Assembly: GCA_964438715.1 (NCBI GenBank)
Contig: CAYTLQ010000324.1
Location: 1-54,993 of the forward strand
Direction: 5' to 3'
From: an uncultured Ignavibacteriaceae bacterium
Lineage (GTDB): Bacteria; Bacteroidota; Ignavibacteria; Ignavibacteriales; Ignavibacteriaceae
DNA: 54,993 nt
Below, one piece after another: positions 39,706-49,473 of the stretch. The position numbers and the translations under genes are program-made. Positions within the stretch are counted from its first letter, which is position 1; each line of letters starts with the position of its first letter. Below the pieces are notes generated by a model. The model ran no database searches and was not told the DNA's origin. It worked only from the letters and a program-made list of their open reading frames with translations.

Positions 39706-40024
39706 TTAGTACACTTATGGCACCAATACAATCTTTACAAAACATTAACAATAACCCCATCCTGTCTTTTGGATCAATCTTCCAATTCTTCCTGGCAATC
39801 TCTAATAGCCATCCTTCCGGAATTATACCATCAAACACAGGAAGCATGGTTTTCGACTCATACGGTTCTTTTCGCAAAGGCATTGTCAGACTAATTGGTT
39901 GATTTTCAGTACTTGCTAAATAATCTTCATCATACTGAAATCTGAAACCTTCTTCAGTTTCTGAAACTATTCCGGCCAACAAATTCTTAAAATATACTTT
40001 ACCTTTACGAGCCATTTCATTCAC
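39677..40024 (-). CDS. HipS-like protein (stand-alone HipA N-terminal subdomain)
   Basis: 115 aa matching the HipA N-terminal pattern: VYFKNLLAGIV...FRFQYDEDYL...PISLTMPL...LPVFDGIIPEGW...DCIGAISV. It overlaps both neighbours. Confidence 0.75.
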   Translation of the reverse strand: MNEMARKGKVYFKNLLAGIVSETEEGFRFQYDEDYLASTENQPISLTMPLRKEPYESKTMLPVFDGIIPEGWLLEIARKNWKIDPKDRMGLLLMFCKDCIGAISVLSDSEEKNNE

Positions 40025-40229
40025 TTCTTTCTATTTTACCCGGTTTAAGCTCGTATCCAAACAATGCCAATACCTGATTAACTTTATCCATTCTCATAGA
40101 CTTTTTTCCTTGTTCAATTTCTCGTAATAACCTCAGTCCTATGCCTGCTTTTTCAGCGAGTTCAATTTGCGTGAGGTTAAGTCTTTTCCTTTTTTGCTTT
40201 ACAAACTGAGCTAATTCGTTTTTCACCAT
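40017..40229 (-). CDS. HipB-like XRE-family helix-turn-helix protein
   Basis: 70 aa with the HTH LTQIELAEKAGIGLRLLREIEQGK. It is the first gene of the three-gene locus. Confidence 0.8.
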   Translation of the reverse strand: MVKNELAQFVKQKRKRLNLTQIELAEKAGIGLRLLREIEQGKKSMRMDKVNQVLALFGYELKPGKIERSE

Positions 40230-40235
40230 AAGCAG

Positions 40236-40335
40236 TACCCTATTAGGTATAATTAAACTGTAATATATAAATATATACCTTTATAGGTATAATTTCAATA
40301 TAAAATCAAGAAATTATACCGTTTTTGGTATAATT
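40236..40335. promoter_or_regulatory. Three phased palindromic operators (TATACC-N6-GGTATA) upstream of the hipB-like gene
   Basis: TACC-N6-GGTA at 40236-40249; TATACC-N6-GGTATA at 40274-40291; AATTATACC-N6-GGTATAATT at 40312-40335. Centres are 40 and 41 bp apart. Confidence 0.6.
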
Positions 40336-40601
40336 TTATCGCATGATTCAATCTAATTACCGGAAATATATGTTTTTGAGGTATAAGGGGATTAAGTACT
40401 GCCCGTACTGAAAATGTTCAGACAGTAATAATGTAATATCTATTCTCGAAGTAAAACTTTTCCTATGGTATTAAGTTGCGGTAACAAAGTTGTATAACTC
40501 TTCCTGATGCATATCAGATTCGTAATATTTTTTCAAACTTTACTTACTTAAAATATTTCCACTCCTCCGGTTGTTACTTTCCGGAGGAGCGAACACAAAA
40601 G

Positions 40602-42962
40602 TCATTTAAGTAAAACTAATTTTTTAATTGCTTTATACTCTCCCGTTTCAAGAACATAAATGTACATTCCTCCCGGAAGTGTATATGCCTGAAACTCAAC
40701 TGTATGATTTCCCGCCTCGCGGTAAGAATTTTCCAATACGCTTACTCTTTCACCAAGCATATTATAGACCGCCAGTTTTACATACCCCGATTGCGGAAGC
40801 GTATAGTTTATTTTTGTTACCGGATTAAACGGGTTCGGGTAATTCTGCGAAAGTTCAAAACTAAACGCTGGTTTAACATTTACAACTATCGCATCGTAAA
40901 TTTTCATTGAACCATCATAATCAATCTGTTTCAAACGGTAATGATTTAATCCGGTGGCAGGATTTTTTTCCGTATATGAATAATTATGCGATGATGAAGT
41001 AGTTCCGTGCCCCGCTATAAATGCTATTGTTATCCAATGATTGCCGTCCAACGATTTTTCAACTTCGAATCCTTTGTTATTAATTTCGGAAGCTGTGGAC
41101 CATTCAACGAGCACGCTGTTATCAGGAGTTACAATTGCGGTGAATGATACAAGCTCGACAGGAACAATTGTGTATGATTTCAGCATAATATTATCAATAT
41201 ACCAGCCATCATACTGCAAACTTGCATCACTCCTGAAATAAAATCGTATTTTTATTACTTTTCCTGTATAGGCTGAAAGATCAATCCTTTCACGAACCCA
41301 CGAGGATTGTACTGCATCGTACAGTGGTTGTCCGTTTGGCTGAAAACTTCCTGTACCGGGATTCGTGTATTGTCCTGCAAGCGCTATCCATGTTGCACCA
41401 TTATCTGTTGATACCTGGAACATTCCATAATCGTAATTGTTTTCAATATTCCATTGAGCATCAAATTCAAGTTCAGCGCCAAGCACTGTTGTTAAATCAA
41501 TACTTTGATTATACATTAAATAACAATTCTCATTTGCTAAATAATTACCGGCGGGTGATTCAGTAAAAGAATATGGTGCTGAAACATATTTTCCCGTTGT
41601 AACATTCCAGTTGGCTGTTTTTGACCAGTCCGTAATTACATTAGCAGTGTCAGACATAAGTGTAACTGTCGGCGCAACATAAAATTGATGCAGAGATACC
41701 GGTGGAGTATGACCAGGTGGATTAAAACCACTTCCGCCTTCAGGACTTGTAGCAACAATGCTGGCGGCAGAATCCTGGGCGGCAATGTAATATTGTACAG
41801 CACTTCCAAGTGAAATATTCTGTATAGTAAAATTATATAATCCCGGCGTACCGGTGGGCTGACCAACAACATCGGTAAATGAAGAGAAACCTGAGCCGGT
41901 ATTAACGCGATACCACAGTCTTGGCGCTCCTGATCCGGTGCCAATTCCAAGTCCTGTTTGCACGGTTGCATTGAGTGTAATATTTCCGCCATTAACAGTA
42001 GATGCCATCGGCGTGTGCTGAATACGCATATTGAGATCTAAGGCGTATGTGGCAAGCGTGGCAATTGAAATCTTTGCGGCTTTGTGGTAAATTGTGTTAT
42101 TGAACCGCGAGACAATGTCGTTCGTGGTGTGATAATATGCATTGAAGTCGTTATCATCGTCTTCTATTAAAAGCACAGCAGAAATATTTTTATTCCAAAA
42201 GGAAGCATGGTCACTGGCTGTAATACCCGGAGTTTTTATTACCGGAACTATACCAATTCCATACATTGAATTAACCTCCAGCATCTTGGAGCTCAATGCG
42301 GGAGAATTTGCAATATTCCTGACATGAATATTCATTTTATTATCGTTGTTTGAGTCCCATGCAATCATATCAAGATTAATAACACCAAGAAGTGAATCAT
42401 TTGCGGTAAGTTGATTAGCATAATTGGCACTACCTACCAGTCCTTGTTCTTCTTCATCCCATAGTGCAAAAATTATAGTGTACGGAAAAGTATATTGAGA
42501 AAGCACTCTTGCGGCTTCTATAACAGCGGCTGTGCCACTGGCATTATCATCTGCTCCCGGCGCCAATGAACCACTCGGCATATCATCAAAGTGAGCACAG
42601 ATCATAAATTTTTGATTTGGATAACGGGTTCCCTGCTTAATTCCAATAACATTCTTTCCTGTCGAGCTCCACGCAATAATGGAAGTCGGAATTCCATAAC
42701 TTTCTAACTTTTGTTTTATATATTCACCTGCTTTATCATTTGCAGAATTGTTTTTATGGCGCGAAACAATTGTGTACGGTGTCCCTCCAATAGTGGTGGG
42801 AACATTACCTGAAAGTTCTTTAACGAAGAAAACCAAAGAATCAATATTTACCTGATTGATGATGTTCTGAATAAGTGACATTCGTTTTTGAGCATGGAGG
42901 GGAGCCGAAAGAACAAGAAGAATAAGCGCCAACCCACGGAAGTATAGATTAAGCCTCGACAT
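40602..42962 (-). CDS. Secreted M28-family metallo-aminopeptidase with extra beta-rich domains and T9SS C-terminal sorting domain
   Basis: M28 zinc-site blocks AHFDDM, GADDNASGTAAVIEAAR and ALWDEEEQGLVGS. C-terminal SQNYPNPFNPVTKINY...GMYIYVL. Confidence 0.85.
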   Translation of the reverse strand: MSRLNLYFRGLALILLVLSAPLHAQKRMSLIQNIINQVNIDSLVFFVKELSGNVPTTIGGTPYTIVSRHKNNSANDKAGEYIKQKLESYGIPTSIIAWSSTGKNVIGIKQGTRYPNQKFMICAHFDDMPSGSLAPGADDNASGTAAVIEAARVLSQYTFPYTIIFALWDEEEQGLVGSANYANQLTANDSLLGVINLDMIAWDSNNDNKMNIHVRNIANSPALSSKMLEVNSMYGIGIVPVIKTPGITASDHASFWNKNISAVLLIEDDDNDFNAYYHTTNDIVSRFNNTIYHKAAKISIATLATYALDLNMRIQHTPMASTVNGGNITLNATVQTGLGIGTGSGAPRLWYRVNTGSGFSSFTDVVGQPTGTPGLYNFTIQNISLGSAVQYYIAAQDSAASIVATSPEGGSGFNPPGHTPPVSLHQFYVAPTVTLMSDTANVITDWSKTANWNVTTGKYVSAPYSFTESPAGNYLANENCYLMYNQSIDLTTVLGAELEFDAQWNIENNYDYGMFQVSTDNGATWIALAGQYTNPGTGSFQPNGQPLYDAVQSSWVRERIDLSAYTGKVIKIRFYFRSDASLQYDGWYIDNIMLKSYTIVPVELVSFTAIVTPDNSVLVEWSTASEINNKGFEVEKSLDGNHWITIAFIAGHGTTSSSHNYSYTEKNPATGLNHYRLKQIDYDGSMKIYDAIVVNVKPAFSFELSQNYPNPFNPVTKINYTLPQSGYVKLAVYNMLGERVSVLENSYREAGNHTVEFQAYTLPGGMYIYVLETGEYKAIKKLVLLK

Positions 42963-43315
42963 ACAACACCGTTTAAGTTAAAAATACACTGTAAAATTAG
43001 CATTTTTTTGATGAAATCTTTTATGTTAATTTTTAACATCTATAAATACTATTCACATTCTCTCTTTTCTGCTTTTATATGAATTCTGTTTTACTATCAA
43101 CTTTTCGTATTCTTTTATACGGGAATTCCTTATCTTTCTATTATGACTCTGGCGCAATAAGTAACAGTTACGCAGACATTATTCTTATCTTTGTTCTGCC
43201 AACTTCACCCCTGTTGAACATTTCTCATTGAAGACACTTCTTTGATTCACCGGTTTTGACGCCCGCGTTAATTTTTTACAACATACTACTTTTAGAAAGA
43301 AAACGGTATTAGTTT

Positions 43316-44884
43316 ATGAAACATATTCTATTTAGTCAGCTTAACTTATCAAAAGAACAACTTAAGGCAATTGAAGATCTGGGCTATGAAGAGGCAACGC
43401 CTATTCAGACAGAGGCAATACCGGTTATTATGAGCGGAAATGATGTAATAGGGCAGGCACAGACCGGTACAGGTAAAACGGCAGCGTTTGGAATACCTGC
43501 GCTTGAAATGTTACCCTCCGTGGGGAAAACTGTTCATACATTAATTCTATGCCCGACCCGCGAACTCGCACTACAGGTTGCCGAAGAAATTTCTAAACTT
43601 GCTAAATACAAAAAGAACTGCTCATTGCTTCCCATATATGGAGGTCAGTCTATTGAACGGCAGTTTTCCGCATTAAAAAAGGGTGTGCGAATTATTATCG
43701 GTACTCCCGGACGCATTCAGGATCATATTGATCGCGGGACACTCAATCTTGGCGATGTAAGGCTTGTAGTGTTGGATGAAGCGGATGAAATGCTGAATAT
43801 GGGCTTTCGTGATGACATTGAAAAAATATTACGCTCCGTACCGAAAGAACGGCAGACTGTTCTCTTTTCAGCCACAATGCCTAAGCCTATTCTCGAGCTA
43901 ACAAAAAAATTTCAGAGAGATCCTGTACATATTAAAATTACTCACGAAGTTCTTACCGTACCTCTTACAGAGCAAGTGTATTTTGAGGTACGGGAACGAG
44001 ATAAAGTCGAGGCGCTATCTCGTTTAATCGACTTTCACGGGTTGAAACTTTCTATTGTTTTTTGTAACACGAAGCGGCGTGTGGATGAGCTAGTTGAACA
44101 TCTGCGCGCACGAGGTTATCAGTCCGAAGGTCTGCATGGCGACCTAAGCCAAAGTATGCGTGAAAAAGTACTTGGTCGGTTTCGTAAAGGAACAGTGGAA
44201 ATACTTGTTGCAACCGATGTTGCTGCCCGCGGGCTTGATATAGATGATGTGGATTCCGTATTCAACTATGATATGCCTCAGGATGAGCAAGCGTATGTTC
44301 ACCGAATCGGCAGAACCGGCAGAGCAGGAAAAACCGGAAAGGCTTTCACTTTTGTTTCAGGTTCAGAATATCAACAACTGAAAAGTATTCAGCGATACAT
44401 TAATCAAAAAATAAAATCGGGCACAATACCATCTTTCGACGACATTGAGGAATTACGGGTACAGGCGCTTATAAACAATATTAAAGAATTCTCCCGCAGT
44501 AAAAATGCAGAACGCTTTATCCATATTGTAGAGCGACTTATCGACGAAGAAATTTCATCTATTGATGTAGCTGCATTTCTGATGTATGAAAAAATTTCCC
44601 ACATACGAAATTCTGAAAGCAATAAAGAAGATCTCGTTTCCAATGGAGCTCTTGCTGTTCTTGCAATCAATCTTGGTCGTTATGACCGAATTAAACCCGG
44701 TGATTTATTAGGAGCACTTGCGGGTGAGTCGGGATTATCGGGGAAAGTTATTGGTGAAATTTCAATTCAGGATAAAATGACATTTATTGAGATACCCCTT
44801 GAATATAAAGAAAAAATCATGCGCTCAATGAGAGGAAAAAAAATAAAAGGTAAAAGAATTTCTTTGGAAATAGTTCGTCAGTAA
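43316..44884 (+). CDS. DEAD-box ATP-dependent RNA helicase with DbpA-like C-terminal RNA-binding domain (DeaD/CshA-like)
   Basis: Q motif (EEATPIQ), AQTGTGKT, PTRELA, VLDEADEML, SAT and HRIGRTGRAG. The C-terminus carries GDLLGALAGESGLSGKVIGEISIQDKMTFIEIP. Confidence 0.9.
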   Translation: MKHILFSQLNLSKEQLKAIEDLGYEEATPIQTEAIPVIMSGNDVIGQAQTGTGKTAAFGIPALEMLPSVGKTVHTLILCPTRELALQVAEEISKLAKYKKNCSLLPIYGGQSIERQFSALKKGVRIIIGTPGRIQDHIDRGTLNLGDVRLVVLDEADEMLNMGFRDDIEKILRSVPKERQTVLFSATMPKPILELTKKFQRDPVHIKITHEVLTVPLTEQVYFEVRERDKVEALSRLIDFHGLKLSIVFCNTKRRVDELVEHLRARGYQSEGLHGDLSQSMREKVLGRFRKGTVEILVATDVAARGLDIDDVDSVFNYDMPQDEQAYVHRIGRTGRAGKTGKAFTFVSGSEYQQLKSIQRYINQKIKSGTIPSFDDIEELRVQALINNIKEFSRSKNAERFIHIVERLIDEEISSIDVAAFLMYEKISHIRNSESNKEDLVSNGALAVLAINLGRYDRIKPGDLLGALAGESGLSGKVIGEISIQDKMTFIEIPLEYKEKIMRSMRGKKIKGKRISLEIVRQ

Positions 44885-45266
44885 GTAAAACGATTTGTTA
44901 TTTTGCAAAAGCGTATAGAAATCCTTAATAATCTCAGTAAATTTTTCTTAGGCTATAATCAGGCCATATTTGCTTACCCGAATTATTTTAGTGAACGATA
45001 TAATGAAGTAACTTCGAATAAACAATACGGAGTTTTCTCAATTCTTTGCTAACTACTTTCTCTGCCGGTATGGGAATATTGTTTACTCCGGTAACATTGA
45101 TTTAAATTGGTTGTGGAGGCGGTTTTAAAACGGAAATTACAACCCGGAGCAAGGAGCCGCTCCTCCGAAATTCAAACGGAATTTTTTTCAACTCACTACA
45201 TCTGAAATTTCCCGTATTTATTTATGCTGTATTCCGGGTAAGATACTTATGTGTTTATATTGTGTA

Positions 45267-45986
45267 TTACTCAACCTTGATTATATGTTCGTTCATCAGT
45301 TCGCCCATGCGTTTAAGAACAGTTATTCCTATTATTTCTGCCGCTTCCTCAAGTTTCAATACACCCATATTCAGTACAAGGTGGTATAAGGTTGGGTCAT
45401 CAATAGCGCGATTATAATTAATTCTTACATAATCAGCTCTGGCCGCATCTTCTTTTTTGATAAAATCAACGGCTTCCTTATGAGTCATATTATAAAACGA
45501 TTCCATATTTTTAATTCGTACTTCAAGTGGTGCAACCAGACGAACATGGATTGCATTTGGCAGTTTGGCAGAAATAACATTTGCAGCCCGACCTACTATT
45601 ATAACATAGCCCATCCGGCAAAGCTCAAGTATTGTTTCATTGGTTTTATGAAGTACTTTTACGACCGGCGGATGAATACCCAACATTTCATTCATCAGGG
45701 TTTTAATAGGCTTTAATTTTTCTTCCGGAAAATACTGGCTATACTTTAGCGGTAAATGGTTTTCTTCGAGAACTTTTTCAATAAGATTTTTATCAAAAAG
45801 GGTAAGAGAAATTCCGTGTTCATCAAAAAAGTGAATAATTTTTTCCCCTATTCGTTCCGCTCCGGATCCGGTTTCACGGGAGATAGTAATGCAAGGTCCC
45901 CCGGGTTTGCGTGCGCCTGTTTCTGAATCTTTTGCATGAGATTCGATGTATAATCTGGCTTTCTCGAAAGTTCCAAGTACTTTCAT
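45267..45986 (-). CDS. Cytidylate-kinase-like family (AAA/P-loop-like) protein
   Basis: 239 aa with the degenerate P-loop ITISRETGSGAERIGEKI, characteristic of the cytidylate kinase-like family. Confidence 0.6.
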   Translation of the reverse strand: MKVLGTFEKARLYIESHAKDSETGARKPGGPCITISRETGSGAERIGEKIIHFFDEHGISLTLFDKNLIEKVLEENHLPLKYSQYFPEEKLKPIKTLMNEMLGIHPPVVKVLHKTNETILELCRMGYVIIVGRAANVISAKLPNAIHVRLVAPLEVRIKNMESFYNMTHKEAVDFIKKEDAARADYVRINYNRAIDDPTLYHLVLNMGVLKLEEAAEIIGITVLKRMGELMNEHIIKVE

Positions 45987-46268
45987 AGCAGTAACTCCTT
46001 TCCGTTCTGCTTTAATTGAACCAAGAATAACAAACCGAACGCATTAATTCACTGTTCCCCTTACAACAGTGTTTATCGTTAGAAGAAATATAAATTATTC
46101 TAACATGAAGGTCAACAGCAGTAAATTGAAATTGTACCCGCTAACGATTGATAGAATTATTCTTAAAGACAGAGAATGTATAAACCAATCCATCCGATAT
46201 AGAAGTAAAGTATAGCATAAACAGACATACTTTATGGTTGCTTTTTAATTGTTGATGATTAGTGTTAC

Positions 46269-47186
46269 TTAATAATAATTCAATCGAGCAAAAAATCGAT
46301 CAATGAGTTTTTCGTTCAGCGATGGCAGATCGGTTTTCAGTATTTTATAGTTGTATTTCGGAACCTGCATTTCATCAAACCATTTGCTCCAGTATGCTTT
46401 CATAATATCATAATCGTCGGTGTATGGTCCCCAGGGAGCAAATTCGAGCGCAAGAATGTGGAGTTGTTTCAGCGTAACACCTGCCGAAAGAAAACCATAG
46501 TCACCATTAGTAAAATCCGATTGCCAGTTAGGATTTTTCCGAAATTTTGAAACATGGGGTGCATTAGGTCCAATAAAACTGTAACGATTTCCTTTCTGAT
46601 ATATACTGTTAGCAAAATACATATAGCCATCGGTAACAACTACCAGAACATTGATAGTGTTGGGTTCATCGGAAATACAGTCATCTGTGGCACGATGCCG
46701 GAAATAATTGAAAATGTCTGAACCATTAAAATAACCGGCGGATGAAGCAATATTGTACAATTGTGTCAAATTATTTCGGTAAATACTATCCAAAGCGGAG
46801 TGCATTTTTCTTTTTTCATCAATCTCCAATTCAGCAAAATCGATGTCAAGCGCTTTTGCAATAGACTGGATTGTGGAATTAAAATGGTTTGGATAAAAAA
46901 CAACCTTAATACAGTCGTTTGCGGCAAATACACCTTTTTTATCCATCCCTTTTTTCATTGCGTGTACAACTCGCAGAATGGCCGCTATATCTTTTTCGGC
47001 CTGATCGGGATTTTTTATGGCAGAAATTCTGTCCGAGAGGTCAAGTAGTATGGTAATGTTATAGTTAGTATGTAGAACCGTTTCAGAATTTCCTCCGGAA
47101 TCTTTTTTCCCATTTTTACATCCGGTCAGAATTGTTATTGCAATAAAAAAGAAAGAAAAAAATTGTATCGCACTTTTCATAAGCAC
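46269..47186 (-). CDS. Hypothetical lipoprotein with a Rossmann/vWA-like strand pattern
   Basis: Lipobox LTGC. The pattern ITILLDLSDRIS ... IKVVFY ... NVLVVVTDGYMY resembles vWA beta1/beta2/beta4, but the MIDAS DxSxS motif is not intact (DLSDR). Confidence 0.6.
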   Translation of the reverse strand: MLMKSAIQFFSFFFIAITILTGCKNGKKDSGGNSETVLHTNYNITILLDLSDRISAIKNPDQAEKDIAAILRVVHAMKKGMDKKGVFAANDCIKVVFYPNHFNSTIQSIAKALDIDFAELEIDEKRKMHSALDSIYRNNLTQLYNIASSAGYFNGSDIFNYFRHRATDDCISDEPNTINVLVVVTDGYMYFANSIYQKGNRYSFIGPNAPHVSKFRKNPNWQSDFTNGDYGFLSAGVTLKQLHILALEFAPWGPYTDDYDIMKAYWSKWFDEMQVPKYNYKILKTDLPSLNEKLIDRFFARLNYY

Positions 47187-47288
47187 TTTAATCCTTTGTT
47201 TTATTATCTAATCCTCGTAAAATTATTTCTGCCGCAGTCATAAACACTGCTTCCATTATCGTACCCGGGAATCCATTAATTGCTCTCA

Positions 47289-48509
47289 TCATAACTTTAT
47301 GCCTTTTTCTATGTAGAATTTCTCAATAGTATTTTGTATGGAAATTATATCCTCATCATTATATTGACCATTTTCGAGATATTGTATCCAGCCAATTCCA
47401 TATTTTGAGATAACATTTTTAAGTTTATTGGGGCTAAAGTACACTTTGTCCTGTGGATTCTGTAATGCTGCAGCTTGAAGCCGAAGGTCATTTATCAATC
47501 CATCAAGTCTTTCTATTTCATTCAGCAAAGCAGTTTCGGAAGCTTTCAGTGATGCTAAGTGTCCCTCCTTCTCGGCAATCATTCTCTCGTATTTATGACG
47601 AATGTTGCGTTCATTAAAAAACAAGTTCAGTACAAAACCAAAAATCAAATAGACAAAAAATCCAAAAGCAATTACAAACCAGAAGTTGGGATCGACTAAA
47701 GCATCAAAAACTGTAAATACTTTCTTTTCCTGGAAGGAATTCAGGCGTTCTATATCGCTCATTTTCTTTGATATATGAAAAGCCAGAAGAGAATCAATCA
47801 CGAAAGTAAAGATTATTAATCCATAATATTTAATTTTCTCTTTTCCTTTATAATCCCGATATGTGTGAATAAGAAATCCAAGAGCCAGAAAAATCCAAGG
47901 ACCAACAAGAACAAATAACAAAGTTTCTAAGCTTATTTCTAATGCTGTTCCGTAAACATTCGGAAAAAATATAGAATTAAATCTTGTGATTGACTCTGGT
48001 CGTATTTCTCTGAAGAAAGCAGAATAAATAACAGAACTGTAAAAAATATGCAAGAAAAGTGCCAGAAATATGACTACAAATAAATATATCCAATATTTTA
48101 ACGGATCTTTTTCTTTCTCAATATACTGATCAGGGTTTTGCTTTAATTTACGGAGTTCCTCCTCCACTTCATGCTGTCTCGCCCGGTTTTCTTCAAGTTT
48201 TCCTGTTTTTATCAACTCTATCGCTTTTTGATGGACGCTAATTTCAGCCTCTATTTTCTTCAGGGCAGTTTCAGCCTCGTGTTTCTTGGCATTATTTAAT
48301 TCCTCGTTTTTCTCGGCTTGTATCATTAAGTTGGTAAAGAATTTCTGAAGACTGATGTAAAAGGCTTCTATCTTACCACCAACACTTGCGGCATCGCGAA
48401 ATCCCTGTTTTTGGTAATTATGTTTATAGATCATACTGTTTGTGTGCCCGTTATTTGAAATAAATTGATTCTCATTATTTTCGCTTTTGTTGATATTCTC
48501 GTCAAACAT
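47289..48509 (-). CDS. Hypothetical membrane protein: four TM helices flanked by coiled-coil segments
   Basis: N-terminal heptad-like charged region (AKKHEAETALKKIEAEISVHQKAIELIK...EEELRKLK). Four hydrophobic helices follow (YWIYLFVVIFLALFL, LLFVLVGPWIFLALGFLI, YYGLIIFTFVIDSLLAF, FWFVIAFGFFVYLIFGFVLNLFF), then a second coiled coil (LASLKASETALLNEIERLDGLINDLRLQAAAL). Confidence 0.7.
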   Translation of the reverse strand: MFDENINKSENNENQFISNNGHTNSMIYKHNYQKQGFRDAASVGGKIEAFYISLQKFFTNLMIQAEKNEELNNAKKHEAETALKKIEAEISVHQKAIELIKTGKLEENRARQHEVEEELRKLKQNPDQYIEKEKDPLKYWIYLFVVIFLALFLHIFYSSVIYSAFFREIRPESITRFNSIFFPNVYGTALEISLETLLFVLVGPWIFLALGFLIHTYRDYKGKEKIKYYGLIIFTFVIDSLLAFHISKKMSDIERLNSFQEKKVFTVFDALVDPNFWFVIAFGFFVYLIFGFVLNLFFNERNIRHKYERMIAEKEGHLASLKASETALLNEIERLDGLINDLRLQAAALQNPQDKVYFSPNKLKNVISKYGIGWIQYLENGQYNDEDIISIQNTIEKFYIEKGIKL

Positions 48510-48651
48510 AGTGTAAATCTTTCTTCCTTAATTAATGTTATTGAAATTAGTAACGAATACTAATAATTATATTTTTCGTCTGCTGATCCTTTAAATACAA
48601 AAGTTCTATACTTTTTGTCTTCTGACCGGGTTGGTCATTGTATTATCCCTT

Positions 48652-48909
48652 TCATACTTTTATATCACTATTGGCTTCGCTCAAAGCTTCAGCTTTAATT
48701 CTCTCCCCATCGTAACGGACTTTGTTAAAGTCCCAATCGTGGAGGCTGAATGAGGTTTCCCACCGCCAGAATCCAACCTTAATGATACAATGTCCTCCTG
48801 CCTTTGTAGCAAGTGTTATATTGATTGAAAGTACATCGAATAGTGCGAGTCGGTATTCTTTACTGTTTATCTCTTGTGATGCACGGCTGCTAATCATTAT
48901 TACATTCAT
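48652..48909 (-). CDS. Hypothetical small protein (85 aa)
   Basis: The ORF has a purine-rich stretch (AGAGAGAG) upstream of the ATG. No recognisable motif; it could be non-coding. Confidence 0.4.
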   Translation of the reverse strand: MNVIMISSRASQEINSKEYRLALFDVLSINITLATKAGGHCIIKVGFWRWETSFSLHDWDFNKVRYDGERIKAEALSEANSDIKV

Positions 48910-49473
48910 CGTGTTACTCTCTCTTTTGTTATTAAATTTTCCCCTCTCATAATGTAACAGAGATCCACAAACCCTGAATTTCCAAAAAATTGTAAAGAAT
49001 TTTTAGTTTTTTTTTTCTGCTCAACGGGATTTTAGCAGATTACTATTTTCACGATGCCACCAGATAAATCGATAGAGCGTTAGTATGAATAACGATCTTC
49101 AGGCAGAATGCCAAACCTGTATATGCTGATTAAAACTGAGTTTTCATCCGAATAACTTTTGTGTTATGATAAAAACACAGGATCAAACTGTTTGATTCTG
49201 TTATATTTTAGTTTAACTCAAGGAGTGAAATTTAGTGCGATAGAGTTCAACAGAAATAATTAGACACTCCCCCATTATTAAACTATCAGATGCAATAATC
49301 TGATTTTCGAAGCGCAAAATTAATATTAATGAAATAAATAAACAAGAAAATACTGATTTTTGACGCAAAAAGTTTCGCTATGAGAACCCCGCTCAGCTAA
49401 CTGTGGTTGTACTCCTGTAAGTTCACCAAATGAAAAAGTTATTATTCCCGAATAAGTAAACAGCAAGAAGTTG

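Noticed and set aside
43040-43315. Structured cold-shock-type 5' leader for the DEAD-box helicase
   Set aside because: The divergent intergenic region is long, but I found no convincing conserved hairpins or cold-box-like elements. This is pure speculation.
46269-47186. Calling the 305-aa lipoprotein a bona fide von Willebrand A (vWA) domain protein
   Set aside because: Only the strand pattern is vWA-like. The MIDAS DxSxS motif reads DLSDR and is not intact, so I report it only as vWA/Rossmann-like, with low confidence.
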